NCBI GenBank assembly: GCA_040394885.1
Contig: JBEBRK010000011.1
Span: forward strand, 9,549-73,548
Direction: 5' to 3'
DNA from: Gemmatimonas phototrophica
Lineage (GTDB): Bacteria; Gemmatimonadota; Gemmatimonadetes; Gemmatimonadales; Gemmatimonadaceae
DNA length: 64,000 bases
In this document: piece after piece, positions 1-8,688 of the stretch
Numbering within the stretch: the stretch's first letter is position 1
Layout: each line of letters starts with the position of its first letter
The notes under the pieces: model-generated
Seen by the model: only the letters and a program-made list of their open reading frames with translations
Database searches by the model: none
Told to the model about the DNA's origin: nothing
Program-made: the position numbers and the translations under genes

Positions 1-908
1 CCAGGGTCAGTGCTCTTTCTTTGCAGGATAATGTTGTATGGATTGCAGTAACGCCAAACTCAAAAGGATCAGGAAATGCATCAGTTACACTTGAGCCTTC
101 GTCTTCTGCCGCGAGGCTTGTTGGCAGTGTAAGAACTGTAGCAGGGAGCTCCAACTCGGTTAATACCCGCAAGTACTCCGATGGAACGATAGAAGTGTCT
201 GGCAGCATAGGTAGCCGATTGGCAACACAACGTTACTCATATGTTGTGGATGATCCTGCAGTATTTACGACCGGCTCCTTTATAGCGTCGCTGAATGCAG
301 CTGGCATTAAAGTGAACGGCGGTAGTACGCTTGGGAAGACGCCTTCAGATGCAAAGGTAGTGGCACAGCTGCACTCTCCTGCACTCGGCAGACTCATTAA
401 TGCAATGAACAGGGAAAGTCTCAACCTCTATGCTGAACTTTTATTTCGAGATGCAGGCAGAGGCAAAGCTTACAATCAGGTTGGCTCAGTAGCAAACGGA
501 AACAAATATGTGGTTTCGCTATTCAACAGTATTAAAGTAGATACTACAGGCTTCTATATGGCTGACGGGAGCGGACTTTCCACCAACAATCGCGTGTCAG
601 CAAGAACCATGTTGCAGTTCCTCGTTGCTGCGCATAAACAGCCATGGAGCTCTGCATTCCATGCCTCATTTCCTGTAGCAGGAGAAAGCGAAACACTGCG
701 CAAACGCATGAAAGGACCGGCACAAAGCAACCTACATGCAAAAACAGGTACAACTGACGACGTTGTGAGTCTGGCGGGATATGTAATTGCGACCAACGGC
801 GAATTACTCGCATTTTCGTTCATCTACAATGGCGTAGATAGATGGATAGCCAGAGAATCTATTGATGCGATGGGAGAAACTCTGGCTAACTTTGCGCGGA
901 CCTACTGA
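1..908 (+). CDS. dacB: D-alanyl-D-alanine carboxypeptidase/endopeptidase, PBP4 (peptidase S13) family, C-terminal part; the frame is open to the window start, so the gene is 5'-truncated here
   Basis: The family motifs DGSGLSTNNRVSA (SxN region) and HAKTGTTDDVVSLAGY (KTG box) are present. No in-frame stop lies between nt 3 and the listed TTG at nt 21. Confidence 0.8.
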   Translation, partial: RVSALSLQDNVVWIAVTPNSKGSGNASVTLEPSSSAARLVGSVRTVAGSSNSVNTRKYSDGTIEVSGSIGSRLATQRYSYVVDDPAVFTTGSFIASLNAAGIKVNGGSTLGKTPSDAKVVAQLHSPALGRLINAMNRESLNLYAELLFRDAGRGKAYNQVGSVANGNKYVVSLFNSIKVDTTGFYMADGSGLSTNNRVSARTMLQFLVAAHKQPWSSAFHASFPVAGESETLRKRMKGPAQSNLHAKTGTTDDVVSLAGYVIATNGELLAFSFIYNGVDRWIARESIDAMGETLANFARTY

Positions 909-909
909 T

Positions 910-2058
910 TTAGTCCTCTGTTACTCTGATGTCGATACCGCGCTTTCGGAGCTCGTCCATATATATTCTGCCTGGCATACACTCATCGGGCGTGTGTACA
1001 CCGCTCTCGATAGCGCCAGTTGCCTGAAACTGACCGGTGATGCTCAATGAATACCCTGTCGCTCTCATCATTGCACTGATCCCGTTTTTGGAATCAGTAT
1101 AATCCAGCAGTTCATAAGTAACTGTTTTCTGATTCTTCCCGATAGTGCCGGAGACAACCACTCTAAGAGCTACAAGATCAGGAGAGTTTGGTTTTGTGAG
1201 CGCACGACCCATTACCGCCAACGAGACATCACGCGGAATAGCCGATCCACCACCTTTTACTTGAATCGGTGATGTATCCAACAACCCCAGATCACGTATT
1301 GCTTCCATTATCTTCGCGTGCCCAGGATAACGAAGAGTTTTGTATTCCATCCGGTCTATCTTGCCGTTATACCTGATAGCCATAGTTGATAATCCTCCCG
1401 CTGTATGAAACGCTTCCAGCGGGCCGATATCCCCAGAAAAACGAACCTCTTCTATCTCGCTTAAAGCCTTTACGTGGGTGGATTTCCCGCCCTTAAGTAT
1501 CCATGAATCGGTGGTATAATAATCGATTGCTCCTTCAAGAGAATATACGACCTGGTAGTTCAGCGGTGGCTCCGGATGCTGCGGAAGTCCTCCAACAAAC
1601 ATGCGCACACTGTCAACTTTTTCCAGCCTGTCGATACCATCCTGAGCCAGAATATTTACCATCCCCGGCGCTAAACCACAGTCAGGGATTATGGAAATAT
1701 TTTTCTTTCTTGCTGCCTCTTCCAGCTTTTTCTGCTCAAGGACTATCTCAGTGTTGCCGCCTAAATCGCAGAAATGCACCCCTATCTTCACCGCGATCCT
1801 AGCTACATCAAGATTAAAATAGTATGGGAGTGCGCTCATTACAGCATCGTAGCCAGAGAATACAGCTTCGACTGCTTCCGTTTCGCGTACATCCAGCGCA
1901 ATAGTTTGAAGCCTTTCACCCAGATACGGAGCTAAAAAAGGAGCAACAGAATCAACCCTTACATCGGCCAGGCCAACGACCTGGACTTCCGGGTTCTGAA
2001 GTAGATCATAGGCACAGGAAGAACCCTGTGCACCAGCTCCCAAAACCAACATTCTCAT
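910..2058 (-). CDS. Saccharopine dehydrogenase family NAD(P)-binding oxidoreductase
   Basis: N-terminal Rossmann motif MRMLVLGAGAQGSSCAYDL, with saccharopine dehydrogenase-like C-terminal region over the full length. The ATG at 2058 is preferred because GGAGGGAG lies about 7 nt upstream. The ORF track starts at a TTG at 2073. Confidence 0.8.
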   Translation of the reverse strand: MRMLVLGAGAQGSSCAYDLLQNPEVQVVGLADVRVDSVAPFLAPYLGERLQTIALDVRETEAVEAVFSGYDAVMSALPYYFNLDVARIAVKIGVHFCDLGGNTEIVLEQKKLEEAARKKNISIIPDCGLAPGMVNILAQDGIDRLEKVDSVRMFVGGLPQHPEPPLNYQVVYSLEGAIDYYTTDSWILKGGKSTHVKALSEIEEVRFSGDIGPLEAFHTAGGLSTMAIRYNGKIDRMEYKTLRYPGHAKIMEAIRDLGLLDTSPIQVKGGGSAIPRDVSLAVMGRALTKPNSPDLVALRVVVSGTIGKNQKTVTYELLDYTDSKNGISAMMRATGYSLSITGQFQATGAIESGVHTPDECMPGRIYMDELRKRGIDIRVTED

Positions 2059-2120
2059 AAACACTCCCTCCAATTCGGTCAGATTATCCAGCTATATCGG
2101 TACAAACAAAAAAGGTGTAA

Positions 2121-2153
2121 AAACAAAAAACCCTTCCACATTACGCGGAAGGG
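2121..2153 (-). terminator. Rho-independent terminator downstream of tRNA-Ala
   Basis: On the minus strand the sequence reads CCCTTCC-gcgtaatgt-GGAAGGG followed by TTTTTTGTTTTT. Confidence 0.6.
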
Positions 2154-2297
2154 TTGAGGGCAAAAAAACAGCCTGAATAGACGTTTCTAAAAATCCCCTA
2201 AACTCTGACATTCACGCGCAACTCTACACATCCGCACAAATCAGGCGCGGCGTATAAACTTGGACGCTGTGAAGCAGGTGTAAATATCATATTAAAA

Positions 2298-2370
<73 letters not shown>

Positions 2371-2615
2371 GGCACATCACGAATCATGTGCAGCCGCGAG
2401 CAGATAGCCCCCTGTCGCACACAGGTGATATTCTTCTAATATACGGAAATTGTGCTAAACTGTCAAACCAGCGATACGCAAATACACCCAATCAGGCTTA
2501 TTTCGACATACGATTGGACGCAGTGTAAAAAAATAGACCTAATTGCGCATCCGTGTTAACTTATTTGGGTATAGTACAGTCAAATAGTATGAACCTTTCA
2601 AACTTGGGTTAGCCA

Positions 2616-3302
2616 ATGATTGCTACATTTTTAGCTCCGCTCGCGTTAGCTACTCTGATTGTTTCAGATGTAGATAACATGCCTAGCGCACCTTCATTGT
2701 TAGTGAGCTCCGCTAACTTTGCTACAGATACAACAAAAAAGACTGAGAAAAAGGAAGAGTTTGAGATTCCTGAAGAGTTTCGCACGCCGATGCTCACAAT
2801 GGATATCTGCAAGCGCCTTGCGGCAGTCAAAAAAGATTTAGAAGTGGCTTCCAAGAAGCACCCGGAGCTAGGTGGCGGTTCGCTTGGGATTGCGATGCAA
2901 AGCAAAAACTACACTAAGTTTGAAAAGTCGCAGGCATTCCAGGACATCCTCAAGAAGAACAACTTCACATTTAAGGATTTCTTCCACTACTACAACGAAG
3001 TAGTAGGCGCTTTGTTCATATTAAACGTAGAAAAGCAGCTCGACCAGAAAAACCTGACCGAAGCGCAGGGCTTCAAGGCTACACAACAGAGCAAGAACTT
3101 CGTTTATGCAAATCAGAAGGTGATTGAAAAGGAGTTAAAGCTCGGCGATACCTATATCGGCGAGAAGCCACTTCCTCCCGGTCGTTTTGGAGGGAACAGC
3201 CAAAACCCTTTTGAGCCACGCGACCCGCGTGAACCAAACAGGGATCCTCGTGATGATCGCAGCGATCAGCCAATGGACCCTATGAATCCATTCGGCACCT
3301 GA
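2616..3302 (+). CDS. Hypothetical protein with hydrophobic N-terminus and Pro/Asp/Arg-rich C-terminal tail
   Basis: The 228-aa ORF is followed by a strong terminator. The N-terminus MIATFLAPLALATLIV looks like a signal or anchor, and the tail reads PRDPREPNRDPRDDRSDQPMDPMNPFGT. I recognised no family motif. Confidence 0.5.
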   Translation: MIATFLAPLALATLIVSDVDNMPSAPSLLVSSANFATDTTKKTEKKEEFEIPEEFRTPMLTMDICKRLAAVKKDLEVASKKHPELGGGSLGIAMQSKNYTKFEKSQAFQDILKKNNFTFKDFFHYYNEVVGALFILNVEKQLDQKNLTEAQGFKATQQSKNFVYANQKVIEKELKLGDTYIGEKPLPPGRFGGNSQNPFEPRDPREPNRDPRDDRSDQPMDPMNPFGT

Positions 3303-3357
3303 GTCAGGCAATAAGCGGCTCTGCAATAGCTGTTCACCAAATAAAATGGTATTAAAA

Positions 3358-3390
3358 AGGTCGCCTTAGTATAAGGCGACCTTTTCTTTT
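3358..3390 (+). terminator. Rho-independent terminator
   Basis: AGGTCGCCTTA-gta-TAAGGCGACCT stem followed by TTTTCTTTT, 55 nt after the stop at 3302. Confidence 0.8.
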
Positions 3391-3404
3391 GACTAGATTT
3401 CAGG

Positions 3405-4124
3405 ATGCGCCCACGTCACTATATTATCGCGTTATTCTCACTGATAGCTGTTGCAGTTTGCGTCAGGTTGGGGTTTTGGCAACTCGCTAGATTGGCCGAG
3501 AAACGGGCCGACAACAAAATAATTGAGTCACGACTTGGGTTTGAGCCTGTAGCAGCGATGGATCTAGACTCAGATACGGCACAGATCAGGTTTAGACGAG
3601 TTACCGTGAGCGGAAAGTACGATTATGACCACGAAGTTGTTCTGGTTAATCGTGTAAGATCCGGCTCGCCAGGCGTCCATATCGTTACACCTCTTAAGGT
3701 CGAAGGATCGGATACCGCTTTCCTGATAAACCGAGGGTGGGTTTATGCCCCCGACGGAATCACTGTAGACCTGACACCATGGCGTGAAGTGGATTCGCTT
3801 ACGAACGGGTACGGATTTGTCCTCCCAATGAGCGATACAGGAGTTGGAGTACCCACGACATCGAGTCGTAAAAACGGATATCGGTGGCTTACGCTGGATG
3901 CTATTGCAGGATCGGTCCCGTATCCTGTACACCCATACGTTATTGTATTGACTACACCGCCAGTTGGATCCGTTGATTCAGCTCCGCCCCGCATTCCAAT
4001 ACCTGAGCTGAGCGAAGGAGCACATAAAAGCTATGCGATGCAGTGGTTTTCCTTCGCAATTGTATTCCTGGTTGGGACCGTCTTATTCTTTATGAAGGAG
4101 CTGGGGAAGAAAAACAACGACTAG
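3405..4124 (+). CDS. SURF1 family protein (cytochrome oxidase assembly)
   Basis: N-terminal TM helix followed by the GFWQLARLAEKRA motif, and a C-terminal TM helix after HKSYAMQWFSFA. This is the typical SURF1 architecture. Confidence 0.75.
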   Translation: MRPRHYIIALFSLIAVAVCVRLGFWQLARLAEKRADNKIIESRLGFEPVAAMDLDSDTAQIRFRRVTVSGKYDYDHEVVLVNRVRSGSPGVHIVTPLKVEGSDTAFLINRGWVYAPDGITVDLTPWREVDSLTNGYGFVLPMSDTGVGVPTTSSRKNGYRWLTLDAIAGSVPYPVHPYVIVLTTPPVGSVDSAPPRIPIPELSEGAHKSYAMQWFSFAIVFLVGTVLFFMKELGKKNND

Positions 4125-4146
4125 GTGCAGACGTCTGCACCGCTGT

Positions 4147-5559
4147 TTACATCAGGTTACCACGCAGAATTACAGAAGCAACATAGAAATAGATACTTAA
4201 TCCGGTTACGTCTACAAGCGTCGCAACGAATGGGGCGGATGCACTGGCAGGGTCAAATCCAAGCTTCTTGAGCAGAAATGGCAGCATAGACCCAACAATG
4301 GACCCAAAACCAACTATGGCGGTTAATGTTACGAATATTGTTACGGCAATCAATATGTAGTTGCTGCCGTAATCGTAGAATCCTGCTTGTTGCCATACGA
4401 CAATACGGATAAATCCTATAGTACCGAGAATCACCCCAAGAGTGAGCCCCGATGGCAGCTCTCTCAACGCCACGCGCCACCAGTCTCTGACTCTTATTTC
4501 ACCCAGAGCCAATGCACGGATGATCAGAGATGTTGCCTGTGAACCAGAGTTACCGCCGGAGCTCATTATTAATGGAATGAACAACGCCAGTACAATCATT
4601 TTATGCAATTGAGCTTCAAAGTGCTGCATCGCAGAAGCTGTAAGCATCTCACCCAGGAAGAGAGCGCTTAACCATCCAGCTCTCTTTTTGATCATCTGTC
4701 CAAATCCGATCTGCATATATGGCTCATCAAGAGCCTCCATACCACCGAACTTCTGAACGTCTTCAGTGTGTTCTTCCTGCAAGGCGTCGATAACGTCGTC
4801 GACTGTAACCACACCGATAATTTTGTTGTTCCTATCAACTACTGGAATTGCCACGAGATCGTAGTTGGATGTCAGACGCGCTACTTCTTCACGATCTGCA
4901 TCTACAGAAACACTTACAACTTCAGACCAGGCTACATCGCTTATAGATGCTCCTTCTGGCGCAGCCAGAAGCTCCCGCAACGATAAAACACCCTTCAGCC
5001 TGTTTGCTGAATCGGTAGCATAAATAGCATGCATTGCTTCTTTTTTATTGCTGCGCGCCAGGCGACGGATCGCAATAAGCACATCTTCTACAAGAGTATG
5101 TTCTGGAACAGATACATACTCTGTTGTCATCAGACCACCGGCAGTATCTGAATCGTATGCGATTAACTGCTCTGTCTCCCTACGAGCTTCGACCGAGATA
5201 GCCGAAAGAATCTCTTCATACGTATCATCTTCGAGCTCTTCCAGAGCGTCAGCTCTATCGTCAGGGGTCATCTCCGTAAGGAGAGTTGCTGCCTGACGAA
5301 CCGTCATCTTCTCTAATGATTCAGTACGTATATCTTCGTCAAGATATTCTAAAACGTCAGCGGCACGTTCCGATGGTATAGCTATAAGAAATTCGACCAG
5401 ACGCTCACGCGGGAGAGCTTCGGCAACATCAGCCAAGTCCGCCGGGTGCATTTCATCTGTTTCAGCGGCAATCTGTTCAGGGCGTGTGTCAAGAAGCTCC
5501 AGAACATCTGGAGCTATTAGCGCAGCCACATTGTATCGATCGTCTTGGTCTTTAGCCAT
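4147..5559 (-). CDS. mgtE: Magnesium transporter MgtE
   Basis: The protein has the acidic MgtE N-domain, tandem CBS region and a C-terminal 5-TM domain. Family-typical stretches include PLIMSSGGNSGSQ and DPASASAPFVATLVDVTG. Confidence 0.9.
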   Translation of the reverse strand: MAKDQDDRYNVAALIAPDVLELLDTRPEQIAAETDEMHPADLADVAEALPRERLVEFLIAIPSERAADVLEYLDEDIRTESLEKMTVRQAATLLTEMTPDDRADALEELEDDTYEEILSAISVEARRETEQLIAYDSDTAGGLMTTEYVSVPEHTLVEDVLIAIRRLARSNKKEAMHAIYATDSANRLKGVLSLRELLAAPEGASISDVAWSEVVSVSVDADREEVARLTSNYDLVAIPVVDRNNKIIGVVTVDDVIDALQEEHTEDVQKFGGMEALDEPYMQIGFGQMIKKRAGWLSALFLGEMLTASAMQHFEAQLHKMIVLALFIPLIMSSGGNSGSQATSLIIRALALGEIRVRDWWRVALRELPSGLTLGVILGTIGFIRIVVWQQAGFYDYGSNYILIAVTIFVTLTAIVGFGSIVGSMLPFLLKKLGFDPASASAPFVATLVDVTGLSIYFYVASVILRGNLM

Positions 5560-5598
5560 AATTACATTTTAGAATTCAGTACAACAAACTTCGGTAAC

Positions 5599-5829
5599 CT
5601 ACACAATCGGCAGACGACGCCTGTCCTCAACTACATCTACAACTTCGTAACCGGTAACTGAGATGGCTTCCTTCAACGAGTCTGCGGTTACGCTCCCATC
5701 ATGCTCTATAACAGCCTTTCCCATAGTTACTTCCGCTGTAGAAATACCTGGTAGAGCCCCTAAGGAGGTATAGACAGCTCGCTTGCAGTGCTCCGAGACC
5801 ATCCCTGAGATCATGACCGTAGTTACCAT
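5599..5829 (-). CDS. Heavy-metal-associated (HMA) domain protein with degenerate metal site
   Basis: The length and pattern fit a ferredoxin-like HMA fold. The site reads GMVSEHC where GMTCxxC is expected, so the first Cys is replaced by Ser. Start is uncertain: ATG at 5829 or GTG at 5847. Confidence 0.6.
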   Translation of the reverse strand: MVTTVMISGMVSEHCKRAVYTSLGALPGISTAEVTMGKAVIEHDGSVTADSLKEAISVTGYEVVDVVEDRRRLPIV

Positions 5830-5940
5830 GAAAAACAAGCTAGCCACCTGGTAGATTAATGTGGTAGAGGGTGGGCTAAAGTTAGCATAATTAGCCTCTA
5901 ATCTACGCTCTTTTGTTCATCCCCTAGTATATTTGCCTTC

Positions 5941-6438
5941 ATGTCACCAAAACCTGTTCGCACAGTAAGAGATACATTTCATGAAACCTCACAAATCATG
6001 ATGCCTCAGCACGCTAACGCACTAGGGCACGTATTTGGAGGGGTCATCATGTCCATGATGGATACAACTGCGGCGGTCTCGGCCATGCGCCATTCTCGCA
6101 TGAACTGCGTAACCGCCTCCGTAGATAGAATAGATTTTCGAGAGCCAGTTCATGTTGGCGATCTGGTAATTATGAAGTCCAGCGTCAACTATGTCGGACG
6201 GACTTCAATGGAAGTTGGAGTACGGGTTGAAACTGAAAACCTCATAAACGGGGTCAGGCGCCACACCAACTCCTGTTATATGACCTTTGTAGCCATCGAT
6301 AGAAACGGCAGACCAGTGCCGATTCCCGAGATTGTTGTAGAATCAGAAGAGGAAATAAGGAGAAATAATGCTGCAAAGGAGCGCCGCAGGATTCGCCTTG
6401 AAGAACGCACGTTCGAGTCGAAAGGATCAAAGGTTTAG
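5941..6438 (+). CDS. Acyl-CoA thioesterase (hotdog fold, YciA/BFIT-like)
   Basis: Contains MMPQHANALGHVFGGVIMSMMDTTA and a single hotdog domain. Confidence 0.8.
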   Translation: MSPKPVRTVRDTFHETSQIMMPQHANALGHVFGGVIMSMMDTTAAVSAMRHSRMNCVTASVDRIDFREPVHVGDLVIMKSSVNYVGRTSMEVGVRVETENLINGVRRHTNSCYMTFVAIDRNGRPVPIPEIVVESEEEIRRNNAAKERRRIRLEERTFESKGSKV

Positions 6439-6466
6439 ATATCCTTAGCTTTAGTTAAATTCAAGG

Positions 6467-6748
6467 ATGGATTGGACATCAATCTTGGCGGCGGCTAGTC
6501 CGGAAAATCGCACAATGATCGCTCGGATAGCTGCCGAGCTGGAACGCGATCACGCTATATGGTGCGATAAGGTCAGAGCTTTCGAGCTCGCAGCGGCAAA
6601 TAGTAGTGCAGGAGTACCTTCCGAAGAAGCGGAAACGCTACAACGCGAAGTTCTGGCCCTTGCAGTAGATATCGAAAGCTATGTAGCTGAGATAAACTTC
6701 CTGGGCGCAAACATAGACGTTCGAGAATTATTTTCAGAAAACCGGTAA
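6467..6748 (+). CDS. Hypothetical protein (helical, 93 aa)
   Basis: ORF only. It is co-directional with the next small ORF and 8 nt from it. Confidence 0.4.
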   Translation: MDWTSILAAASPENRTMIARIAAELERDHAIWCDKVRAFELAAANSSAGVPSEEAETLQREVLALAVDIESYVAEINFLGANIDVRELFSENR

Positions 6749-6756
6749 TTGTTATT

Positions 6757-7047
6757 ATGAAATCAATGAAATCCTTTGTCTCGCCTGATGGAATCAACTG
6801 GGGAGTTGAAGCCAAAATACCTGGTGCGAGCAATGTCTTAATTGTCTTCCATCATCCGGATGGCAGCACTTCCCGCAAGGATAGATACGCCTGGCTGGAC
6901 TGGCATGGTGCGGAAGCCAGCGATGTTGTTGCAAATATCGAGATTGATAAGGTTCGCGCCGTTCTCGATCAGAAGACGATCGAAGATCTGTTCAAGCGCT
7001 CCATGATTATTGGAAGTGGCTACGGACCAGCGATCATAGCAGCGTAA
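6757..7047 (+). CDS. Hypothetical protein (96 aa)
   Basis: ORF only. I recognised no motif. Confidence 0.4.
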   Translation: MKSMKSFVSPDGINWGVEAKIPGASNVLIVFHHPDGSTSRKDRYAWLDWHGAEASDVVANIEIDKVRAVLDQKTIEDLFKRSMIIGSGYGPAIIAA

Positions 7048-7088
7048 CTGCAGCCAGTCAGACTATTCCGTTTTTATAGTACCGTTTG

Positions 7089-8009
7089 TTAATCAACAAA
7101 CGGTACTTCTATTTCCATACCGTCTTTCGCCACAATAGTGGACTTGAAGATAGTGCGAGCTTCACGGCTGAGTTCGTGCGCATCACGTGAATATCTGGAC
7201 GAAATGTGCGTGAGTGCGAGCTGTCGGACCCCTGCCTTCTTTGCCACCAGGGCCGCATCGCTGGCAGTGGAGTGGCCTGTCTCAATCGCACGATCTCCCT
7301 CTTCCTGCGTAAATGTAGCCTCGTGAATGAGCAGATCCGCCCCTTTGGAGATCTCGACAGTAGCAGGCGAAGGGCGGCAATCTCCTGTTAGCACCACCTT
7401 ACGGCCCGAACGCGTAGGTCCAACGAGCATATCCGGCGTTATAACCCGGCCATCCTCGAGTGTAATCGATTCACCTTTATGAATCTTTCCCCAGAGCGGC
7501 CCTTCCGGAATCCCAAACTCTTTTGCCAACTCAGGGTTGAATCGGCCAAGGCGCGGTGTTTCAATAAGCGCATACCCCAGAGCTGTAGCTCCAGCATGTT
7601 CTACCTTATAAGGGACTATCGAATATCCATCACGGACTAACGGCTCATCCGGCTTAAGCTCTGTATACGAAACAGGAAAGTGCTGCTTGTCGCTCCCTAT
7701 CATAATTGCCTGCATAATGAGCTTTTCCGAACGCAAGGGTCCATAAAGCCTGATAGGTTCGGTGCGGCCTTGCAGCGCCATGGTCCGCATCAACCCGATC
7801 ACTCCTAGAAAGTGATCAGCATGCACGTGCGTAAAGAAAATCTCCTCCAGAGCAAATGAAATTCCATACTTCATCATTTGCCGCTGCGTACCTTCCCCGC
7901 AGTCGAATAACATGGTTTCGCCTCCGCGCTGTATAGCCAGAGCTGAGACGTTTCTTTCGATTGTTGGGCGTGACGCCGAAGTTCCTAGAAATTTGACGCT
8001 AAGGAGCAT
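7089..8009 (-). CDS. rnz: Ribonuclease Z (tRNA 3' endonuclease, metallo-beta-lactamase fold)
   Basis: Contains the FTHVHADHFLG (HxHxDH) motif. The N-terminus KFLGTSASRPT and the 306-aa length are typical of the short RNase Z form. Confidence 0.9.
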   Translation of the reverse strand: MLLSVKFLGTSASRPTIERNVSALAIQRGGETMLFDCGEGTQRQMMKYGISFALEEIFFTHVHADHFLGVIGLMRTMALQGRTEPIRLYGPLRSEKLIMQAIMIGSDKQHFPVSYTELKPDEPLVRDGYSIVPYKVEHAGATALGYALIETPRLGRFNPELAKEFGIPEGPLWGKIHKGESITLEDGRVITPDMLVGPTRSGRKVVLTGDCRPSPATVEISKGADLLIHEATFTQEEGDRAIETGHSTASDAALVAKKAGVRQLALTHISSRYSRDAHELSREARTIFKSTIVAKDGMEIEVPFVD

Positions 8010-8079
8010 GGCGCAATATAAAACGGAGCCGGACTATTTCAGACTGGAAATGCGAATTATGATCTCTGACTCTCGGTGG

Positions 8080-8547
8080 CTAGCTACACTCTTCTCGAGT
8101 TGGAATCGGTGCTCCGTGCGGATCTTTATCTGGGTTACCCATAGCTGCAGCCATTCGATCAACAAGCTCATCCGAAGCTGCATGCTCAAGACGCTCCGCT
8201 TCCTCATGCACTTCATCCCAGCCATAACCGAGAGAATGAACAAGATACGCCTCAATTACGCGGTGACGCCTGACTGTTCTGAGTGCAGCTCTACGCCCTT
8301 TGTCTGTGAGACGAACACCCTTATATCGCTCGTATTCCAGCCAGCCCTGAGTGGCTAGGCGCTGCACCATTCCGCTCACAGAAGCAGGAGCAATCGCCAA
8401 CCTAACAGCTATATCGTTTGTTGGGGCTGTCCCATATATCAGCTCCAGGTCGTAGATCGCCTTGAGGTAATCCTCGACCGACCCTGTCAGAACGATGGCT
8501 TCCTGAGAGGCAACCTTTCCTGGAGTCTTGCTTTTAGACCGACTCAT
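8080..8547 (-). CDS. mntR: DtxR/MntR family metal-dependent transcriptional repressor (short form, no SH3-like domain)
   Basis: SVEDYLKAIYDLE precedes a winged helix. The dimerisation and metal-binding region ends in HGAPIP. Confidence 0.85.
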   Translation of the reverse strand: MSRSKSKTPGKVASQEAIVLTGSVEDYLKAIYDLELIYGTAPTNDIAVRLAIAPASVSGMVQRLATQGWLEYERYKGVRLTDKGRRAALRTVRRHRVIEAYLVHSLGYGWDEVHEEAERLEHAASDELVDRMAAAMGNPDKDPHGAPIPTREECS

Positions 8548-8594
8548 CTAGTTAGGAGTGCGTACATAATTTGAAAGGTAGCACCCCCGGCCGC

Positions 8595-8688
8595 CTAGCT
8601 CCACCTTCTGACCGCGCAACTCTACTTCCCACTCACCTAACCCCACGTCACGACCGCCGAAGTCTGCGTATATCTAGCTCCACCTTCT
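8595..8688. repeat. Two identical 15-nt direct repeats CTAGCTCCACCTTCT (8595-8609 and 8674-8688)
   Basis: The match is exact by eye. On the minus strand it reads AGAAGGTGGAGCTAG. The distal copy overlaps the addA stop codon. Confidence 0.7.

Noticed and set aside
7912-8358. A 148-aa plus-strand ORF bridges the RNase Z start and the mntR-type gene.
   Set aside because: It overlaps two well-supported minus-strand genes and has no recognisable domain. It is judged spurious.
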